64,000 bases of DNA from positions 11,991 through 75,990 of the forward strand of contig CAZUNO010000014.1 in assembly GCA_964621445.1 (NCBI GenBank), in the 5' to 3' direction. The notes beneath the pieces were generated by a model. It ran no database searches. It worked only from the letters and a program-made list of their open reading frames with translations, and was not told where the DNA came from. Position numbers and translations under genes: made by a program. Origin of the DNA: Candidatus Hadarchaeota archaeon (GTDB lineage Archaea > CAYQAE01 > CAYVLA01). Shown in pieces: positions 60,826 to 64,000 of the stretch (within the stretch, counting starts at the first letter, position 1; each line of letters begins with the position of its first letter).

Positions 60826-61122
60826 ATGTCAGCGAAATACTCAAGGAGGAGATGGCGGCGGAAGAAGAAACAGGCCAAAAAGAGGCTCCTCAACATGAGG
60901 AAGAAGGATCTATTCAAGTGGGATTTGGACAAGATAATGGAGGATGTTGAGGACCAGAGCCTGGCCAAACCCATTTCCGCTTCAATATACTCCAAGGCTT
61001 CAAGAATGGGGATCGACGAGGCCATCGAATACGTGGAGTCCATGCATGAGCAGGGCGCTCTGGACGAGAAGATCGTCAAGCGGATTGTGAGCCTGCTCAA
61101 GAGGAACACCAGGCGAAGATGA
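60826..61122 (+). CDS. Hypothetical protein with a highly basic N-terminus
   Basis: MSAKYSRRRWRRKKKQAKKR..., with a helical C-terminal part. Confidence 0.7.
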   Translation: MSAKYSRRRWRRKKKQAKKRLLNMRKKDLFKWDLDKIMEDVEDQSLAKPISASIYSKASRMGIDEAIEYVESMHEQGALDEKIVKRIVSLLKRNTRRR

Positions 61123-61191
61123 AACTCCCGGTAAGTGAAAGGTACCGGGGTCAAGTAGCCTTTTTAGACCGGTGGGGACGACCCCACCTGG

Positions 61192-61695
61192 ATGGCCACC
61201 GATGGTGATGGAGAGGACCGAATAGGATGCCGCGAGCTGTTGGTATCCCTTAGAAATCTGGACCATGAGGGGATAGATGAGGTCCACTGGAGGGAATTCG
61301 AGGACTACTGTGGCCAGGTCCTGGCCGAGAATGGTTACAGGGCCCAGCGCAATGTATGGTTCTCGACCCCGGAAAGGAGATACCAGATCGACGTGGTGGG
61401 GATAGGTTTAGGCCGGGCTATCTGCGTGGATTGCAAGGCCTGGAAGGTTGGAGGGGGGACATCGAGAGCCAGGACCGCGGCCCGGGAGCAGAAGGAAAGG
61501 ACGGTACAGTTCAAGAGACATGGTTACCCCCGGGATGGGAAAAGGAGGAAGGAGACCAGGTTCTACCCCTTGATCGTTACCCTGAAGAGCGAGGAGGTGG
61601 TGCTCGACGAGGGAGTGGCGGTGGTGCCCTTCCAGGGCCTGAATCGATTTATTTTCGATTTCTACGCCTATGAACCGGAACTTTTCTGCGTGTAG
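61192..61695 (+). CDS. PD-(D/E)xK restriction endonuclease-like (Mrr-cat/NERD) protein
   Basis: WREFEDY, YQIDVV and VDCKAW motifs. Confidence 0.8.
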   Translation: MATDGDGEDRIGCRELLVSLRNLDHEGIDEVHWREFEDYCGQVLAENGYRAQRNVWFSTPERRYQIDVVGIGLGRAICVDCKAWKVGGGTSRARTAAREQKERTVQFKRHGYPRDGKRRKETRFYPLIVTLKSEEVVLDEGVAVVPFQGLNRFIFDFYAYEPELFCV

Positions 61696-61737
61696 ACTGG
61701 AAAGAGTTATGTTTGGAAAGTTGATCTGGTAGAAGGA

Positions 61738-61811
61738 GGGCCCGTAGTCCAGCAGGATAGGGCGCAGGCCTCCGGAGCCTGAGGTCGCGGGTTCAAATCC
61801 CGCCGGGTCCG
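61738..61811 (+). tRNA. tRNA-Arg (anticodon CCG), intronless, CCA not encoded
   Basis: Acceptor stem GGGCCCG/CGGGTCC, anticodon arm CAGGC-CTCCGGA-GCCTG and T arm GCGGG-TTCAAAT-CCCGC. Confidence 0.96.
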
Positions 61812-62459
61812 CTCTCCATACTTCATATTTTAAATACACAGGGACGAAAGCAGGATAAATAGTAGAAATGGATGATCTGCAACTCTTCGATCTCCAATCG
61901 TGCTAGCCATCTTAAACACCGGGTTCGGTAATCTCACTCGACACACCGAATAGATGGGGTAGTGTTAGAACCTTGCAGAATACACCGATACCTATGATGA
62001 GCGAGGATTAGTGGCACATACAGAAGACTGATGGCTTTCGGGTTCTATTCTCTACCATATAGGCCAGACATCCCTATTGATTGAAACCAGTTCCATCGAC
62101 GCATAATAAGGCCCAGAGAATTTTAGGGCCCAGAACTTCTTAACCTAACTCGGAAACAAAGTGGCAAGAAATGCAGACTCAGTTGGCTTCGAGCGAAACA
62201 TGTGAAAGGGGGCAGCCGGGGGGAGTAGTGATAATGACCTGGCTCGGGTTGGCCTAGATGAGGCGTTTGGCGGTCAGGATGTAGAGGACAAAGTAGATAG
62301 AGGCCGGGACGAAGATAAGCAAAGAAGCCATGTTGCTCAAACTCGTTGCGGGGAGCAATATCCTAGATTCCGACGAAAGAGAAGAACCCAGGTTTCGATC
62401 GCTACGGTTTTTGGGCGCCGAAGAGAAGAAATATAAGTGTATTCAATACACTTACCTTG

Positions 62460-62681
62460 ATGGCCACGAAGACAGTCACCATAAGGATGGAAGCTTATAA
62501 TGCCCTTCGTAAGATGAAACGCCCCGGAGAAAGCTTCTCCGATGTTGTACTCCGAATCACCTCAAGCTGCAGGAAACGGAGATTGTCGGAGTCACTCGAG
62601 GCGACTGAACCCAACGAGGAGCTAGCCCGTCTGGTGGAGGAAACACACGAGAAGCTCAACCGAATACAGATTGGGCGATGA
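62460..62681 (+). CDS. vapB: VapB-type antitoxin (DUF217-like)
   Basis: TKTVTI..EAYNALRKMKRPGESFSDVV; directly precedes the PIN gene. Confidence 0.88.
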   Translation: MATKTVTIRMEAYNALRKMKRPGESFSDVVLRITSSCRKRRLSESLEATEPNEELARLVEETHEKLNRIQIGR

Positions 62682-62682
62682 A

Positions 62683-63078
62683 ATGGTTTGCCTCGATACA
62701 ACAATCCTCGTTGACCTACTGAGAAGGCAGCCCAGTGCTTTAGAGAAGTTGAAACGTCTGGAGGATTCAGGCGAGGACATAACAACGACTCCAGTGAACA
62801 TTATTGAGATCTATGTCGGGGCTTACAGATCGGAGAGGATCGGGGAGAATATGGAAAAGGCGGAGCGCCTGATAGACAACCTTACCCTACTTGAGTTGGG
62901 CCGGGAGGAATCTCGCTTTTGCGCGTCCACCATTTCGAATATGCTATCGGATGGGGAGCCCATAGGTACGATGGACGTGATCGCCGGGTGTGTAGCGTTG
63001 AGTCATGGAGAGGCCATGGTGACAAGAAATGCCAGGCACTATCGCAGGATTGAAGGTTTGAATATCGAGACCTACTAG
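62683..63078 (+). CDS. vapC: VapC PIN-domain toxin
   Basis: CLDTTILVD, EIYVG, DVIAG and TRNARHY.RI.GL motifs. Confidence 0.92.
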   Translation: MVCLDTTILVDLLRRQPSALEKLKRLEDSGEDITTTPVNIIEIYVGAYRSERIGENMEKAERLIDNLTLLELGREESRFCASTISNMLSDGEPIGTMDVIAGCVALSHGEAMVTRNARHYRRIEGLNIETY

Positions 63079-63131
63079 GGAATGGGTTCGAATTGCATTC
63101 AGTACAATTCTTTAGCCATTGCCCTTGGTAG

Positions 63132-63229
63132 ATGTGTCCCGTTAAAGTTATCCTATTCATTCTGGGCCCAGTTTCGGCGAACGAGCGTATCAAGATGCTT
63201 CTTATAGGCCAAGTGGTCCCGAGACCTGT
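63132..63229 (+). pseudogene. 5' remnant of the membrane-anchored paralog family; near-identical to 1452-1526
   Basis: FILGPVSANERIKMLLIGQVV versus FILAPVSANERINMLLIGQVV in copy 1. Confidence 0.8.
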
Positions 63230-63599
63230 AGAGGGATTTGAACTTCCCCCTTGTTTCGCCCCCGGGCCAGAGACCGGGCCAACCCTGCCAGGCCGGAACT
63301 GGTCCTCACCCTCCCGTACCGATCATTTCAGCCGCACCACGCAGTCCATTCTTCCGGAGAAGCCCCCAGCAAATGGTAGAAACACTGGTTCTGGGCCCTG
63401 AACCCCAAAGCCGAATGCATATGCCTGAACTCGCACTAGTGACCTCGGCGTATTCTTAGACCGGGTTCCATAAATGTGCAGCGATATTCACATCCAGCGT
63501 GAACACTTTACTTTGTTGATGGTACCTATTTTGTTTGGTTGTCGCTTTCAATACAGAGGTTTTGGGCTTCTATAGCTGTGAACAACCTCGAGGAGGCTG

Positions 63600-64000
63600 T
63601 CATCTGTATGAATACATTATGGCTGAACAACAGAAGACGATCAATAAGGCAATGGTGTTACCAGTGTCGCTTAAACCAAATGCATAGATTTTGCCATCAT
63701 AGGAACCGATGTACACGGTTCCATCGCGCGCGATAGCTGGGGAGGACAGTACTGCATTACCGGTCTTGTAGCTCCATTTGACTGTACCGTCAGGATTGAG
63801 GGCGTACACGCTGCCATCTTGGGAACCGATGTAGATGGTTCCATCCCGGCCGATGGCAGGGGAGGAAGACACGGTGTCACCAGTTCTAAAACGCCATTTG
63901 GTGGTGCCGTTTGGATTAATCGCGTAGACCCTGCCTCCACCAGATCCTATGTATATGGTCCCATCCGGTCCAATGCCCGGAGAGGATTTCATATAGTTAC
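63600..64000 (-). CDS. PQQ-binding-like beta-propeller repeat protein (5' end outside the window)
   Basis: Tandem SSPAI..DGTIYIGS.DG.VYA.NP.GT.KW repeats. Confidence 0.88.
   Translation of the reverse strand, partial: NYMKSSPGIGPDGTIYIGSGGGRVYAINPNGTTKWRFRTGDTVSSSPAIGRDGTIYIGSQDGSVYALNPDGTVKWSYKTGNAVLSSPAIARDGTVYIGSYDGKIYAFGLSDTGNTIALLIVFCCSAIMYSYR

Noticed and set aside
61994-62031. ATGATGA...CTGA resembling a C/D box sRNA
   Set aside because: Only 27 nt lie between the boxes and there are no internal D'/C' boxes, which is too short for a typical archaeal dual-guide sRNA.
1-64000. Genome-wide TAG recoding
   Set aside because: Many complete genes (e.g. ending at 1173, 10311, 40745, 47604, 47880) terminate at TAG at their expected C-termini.
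1-64000. CRISPR array or cas genes
   Set aside because: No regularly spaced repeats or Cas motifs were seen.

Overview
Archaeal chromosomal window. Evidence: a PolB2 cassette, form III RuBisCO, an SmsCB-type Fe-S scaffold, a CBS-HPF protein, a tRNA-Arg with no encoded CCA, and TATA boxes about 25 nt before start codons. It has three parts. (1) About 1-34 kb is accessory and catabolic: three Cys-type sulfatases, several glycoside-hydrolase-like proteins, an SGNH hydrolase, an expanded family of membrane-anchored GATase-like proteins, a DUF5678/retropepsin pair, an HTH regulator with a palindromic operator next to ORFans, and many frameshifted or decayed genes. (2) About 34-62 kb is housekeeping: rbcL, nadE, sufC/sufB, rnhA, speB, asd, tatA, phosphoribosyltransferases, the polB2 operon and tRNA-Arg(CCG). 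(3) After the tRNA lies another variable segment with vapBC, gene remnants and a beta-propeller repeat gene. The best leads are the paralogous membrane-anchored family with a conserved 'WVYxxEW...MIRRR' tail that recurs next to VapC genes, a candidate structured RNA upstream of asd, and the HTH/operator/ORFan locus. All calls come from reading motifs by eye; no database searches were run.
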